Source: Candidatus Edwardsbacteria bacterium
GTDB taxonomy: Bacteria > Edwardsbacteria > AC1 > EtOH8
Reading direction: 5' to 3'
DNA length: 64,000 bases
Assembly: GCA_031082425.1 (NCBI GenBank)
Contig: JAVHLB010000005.1
Span: 100,927-164,926, forward strand
The position numbers and the translations under genes are program-made. Below, in pieces: positions 62,112-64,000 of the stretch (positions within the stretch are counted from its first letter, which is position 1; the number at the start of each line of letters is the position of its first letter). Below the pieces are notes generated by a model, which did not search any database, had not been told where the DNA came from, and was given only the letters and a program-made list of their open reading frames with translations.

Positions 62112-63002
62112 TCAAACCCCGGGGTCGACGGGCAGGTTGAATGTTTCAGCCGCCCGCATAGCCACCCCGCCAATCTTGTCCAGCAGGGGCGTGGCCAGCC
62201 CGGCGATGACGGGAGCAAAAAGGATCCCCTCCAGCATCAGGCCCTTTAAGGAGAACAGGAATATCAGAATGCCGCAGAGCATTCCGTACCAATACTGCCC
62301 CCAGTGCCGGGCCGGGGTTGACATCTGGTCGGCTCCCAGCACCCCCAGCGAGAACAGGAACAGGTTGGCCGTCCAGGACAATTGAAATATATCCAGCCCC
62401 CCGTCAGCCCGGTATTGCAGATAGAGGAAAGCCAGGGGCATCAGCAGGCCGGCCAGCAATATCCTCCATTTGTAAAGCCGGTGGAGGAATAAAAACGAGA
62501 ACATAATGGTCAGTCCCACCGGCAGCCAGCCGGAGATGAAATACAGCCGGCCGCTGAAAACCGCCCCCCGCCCGGCGAGATTGGCCAGGCCTGACCCCCC
62601 GCCGAAATAATCGCCCCCCGCCAGGACCAGCAGCGCCAGCACCAGGGGGAAGTTCAGGGGATAGGCGTACTCCCGGTCCCTGACGTAGGTTCGCAGCAAG
62701 CCGCAGGCCGCCGTCAGCCCGGCCGGAATTATCAGGCTGATGCCGGCCGGGATCAGCAGGCAGATCAGGATGGCGTCGTTGACGAACCAAAGATCCGATC
62801 TTTTCCGGCGGCCTTTTTTCAAAGCATAGATGTGCCAGACCAGCCCCAGGAACAGGGACAACAACAGCCTTGAGGCCAGGCCCCAGCCCCACAGATAGAG
62901 GCCGAACCCGGCCAGCGGCAGCAGGGCTATGAAACTGCGGAAGCCCAGCTGCTTCCAGTCAAAGCGGGTGCGGATATGGGGCCACAACGATACGTTGAAC
63001 AT
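62112..63002 (-). CDS. RnfD/NqrB-family-like membrane protein (short, divergent)
   Basis: 296 aa. It opens with a ...WPHIRTR motif (compare SPH in RnfD) and has FGGGSGLANLAGRGAVF (compare FGGLG.N.FNPAL.GR) and a C-terminal PEG-like LEGILFAPV..PLLDK. I could not see the FMN-attachment (S/T)GAT(P) motif. Confidence 0.55.
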   Translation of the reverse strand: MFNVSLWPHIRTRFDWKQLGFRSFIALLPLAGFGLYLWGWGLASRLLLSLFLGLVWHIYALKKGRRKRSDLWFVNDAILICLLIPAGISLIIPAGLTAACGLLRTYVRDREYAYPLNFPLVLALLVLAGGDYFGGGSGLANLAGRGAVFSGRLYFISGWLPVGLTIMFSFLFLHRLYKWRILLAGLLMPLAFLYLQYRADGGLDIFQLSWTANLFLFSLGVLGADQMSTPARHWGQYWYGMLCGILIFLFSLKGLMLEGILFAPVIAGLATPLLDKIGGVAMRAAETFNLPVDPGV

Positions 63003-63080
63003 TTACGCAGCGAACCTTTAAGTTAAAATATTAATCACTTTCGATGAGCCCCTTAACCGTTCAAGGCCTTTGCCTCTCTG

Positions 63081-64000
63081 TCATGCAAAAGGCTCAAAGT
63101 TTGCCTTCCCCATCGACTTGCCCACCTTGATCTGGTGCAGCAGATGCAGCCGCGACGGGCAGACGAAGCTGCACAGTCCGCACTCCAGGCATTTTTCCAG
63201 GCCCAGGGCGGAATATTTTTCCGTCCGGCCATCACCCACCGCGGCATACAGGCATTGGGGGCTCAAGTTCCGGGGGCAGATGTTGGAGCATTCACCGCAG
63301 TTGATGCACAGGCTGTCCTCCCAGGAAATGTCGTCCTTCATCATGATCACCCCGTCGGTGTCCGGGGTCACCGGCATCTTCGGGCTGTAATAGCTCTGGC
63401 CGGTCATCAGCCCGCCCAGGATCAGCTTGATGTTCCGGTAGCGCGACAGGTCGCGCTTGAACACCTGCTCCAGGGTAGTTCCCAGCGGCAGCCGGACATT
63501 GGCCGACTGCCCGGAGGTCTGGTCCCAGACGGTGCACAGCTTGGTGGTCATCGGCCATCCCTCGATCACCGCCTGCCGGATGTTCCACACCTCCTCCAGA
63601 CCGTAGACCCTGGAGCTCTGGGATCCCGGGAAATTATCCTGCAGCAGGCCGGCATGGCCCTGGGGATATTTGGGCTCCACGACTTCCACCGAAAGGTTCA
63701 CCGCGCTGGTCAACAGCACCTTCATCCGTTCTATCAGGTCCGGCATGTCGGATGAAATGACCACCCGCCCCCGCACCGAACGGTGGAGCTGCATCAATAT
63801 CCGCATCCCCTCTATCAGCTTCTCCGGGGCCTCTTTCAGCAGGCGGATGTTGCCGGATACCGGCGGCTCCAGGCTCAGGCCGTTGAATATCAGCAGGTCC
63901 GTATCCGGCGGCTCCTGCAGGTCCCTGATCCCGGCCTCCCATATCCGGTGGCCCAGATCGCCCCGGGTCCTCTCCCAGAACCGGGGAAAGGCCTCCAGCA
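63081..64000 (-). CDS. RnfC-like iron-sulfur protein (5' end outside the window)
   Basis: The reading frame stays open from the track ORF (63081-63806) to the window edge. It has two ferredoxin clusters (CINCGECSNICP and CLECGLCSFVCP) after an RnfC-like SLBB/GGxMxG region. The N-terminal ...LLIFNGLSLEPP aligns with the RnfC NGAECEP region but lacks the Cys. Confidence 0.6.
   Translation of the reverse strand, partial: LEAFPRFWERTRGDLGHRIWEAGIRDLQEPPDTDLLIFNGLSLEPPVSGNIRLLKEAPEKLIEGMRILMQLHRSVRGRVVISSDMPDLIERMKVLLTSAVNLSVEVVEPKYPQGHAGLLQDNFPGSQSSRVYGLEEVWNIRQAVIEGWPMTTKLCTVWDQTSGQSANVRLPLGTTLEQVFKRDLSRYRNIKLILGGLMTGQSYYSPKMPVTPDTDGVIMMKDDISWEDSLCINCGECSNICPRNLSPQCLYAAVGDGRTEKYSALGLEKCLECGLCSFVCPSRLHLLHQIKVGKSMGKANFEPFA

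Noticed and set aside
1-64000. tRNA, rRNA, tmRNA or RNase P genes in the larger intergenic gaps.
   Set aside because: I found no cloverleaf-compatible segments (no GTTCRA T-loop with matching acceptor arms) and no rRNA-like stretches. The gaps are accounted for by repeats, promoters and hairpins. This was a by-eye scan only; tRNAscan-SE or Infernal should confirm it.

Overview
This is a 64-kb chromosomal window from a moderately GC-rich bacterium that looks uncultivated. The gene content suggests an FCB-superphylum-like lineage: three proteins end in T9SS-type C-terminal sorting domains, PorU-like and PorV-like genes are present, and there is a PcrB/GGGPS homologue. I cannot confirm the lineage without searches. 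All ~51 credible CDSs are on the minus strand; the many long plus-strand ORFs in the track are antisense shadows of GC-rich genes. The housekeeping blocks are topA; tal plus a split transketolase; pilD-rimO; pilB; yajQ; ftsK-lolA; pilT-efp-M24 peptidase; alaS through mtnA as one tightly overlapping chain; and recA-recX.

Seven things stand out from that background:
1. A ~16.5-kb seven-gene envelope operon (15791-32318). It encodes a PorU-like C25 peptidase, an oversized PorV-like barrel, an M6 metalloprotease cargo, a 270-aa unknown protein, a propeller lipoprotein, an 1126-aa predicted barrel and an Omp85 protein. I read it as a non-canonical T9SS-like secretion/attachment system, and it is my best candidate for an undescribed system.
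2. An AT-rich islet carrying a standalone OLD-family ATPase/Toprim nuclease.
3. Several families of short hairpin-forming intergenic repeats, stacked into composite arrays. One array is gene-free and 750 bp long.
4. Perfect sigma70-type promoters, two of which sit upstream of terminator-like hairpins in leaders.
5. A split transketolase whose two halves are separated by a 4-gene insertion.
6. An archaeal-type GGGPS/PcrB homologue translationally coupled to dTDP-sugar genes.
7. An orphan RnfC-like/RnfD-like pair.

I saw no rRNA, tRNA, CRISPR array, integrase or transposase.
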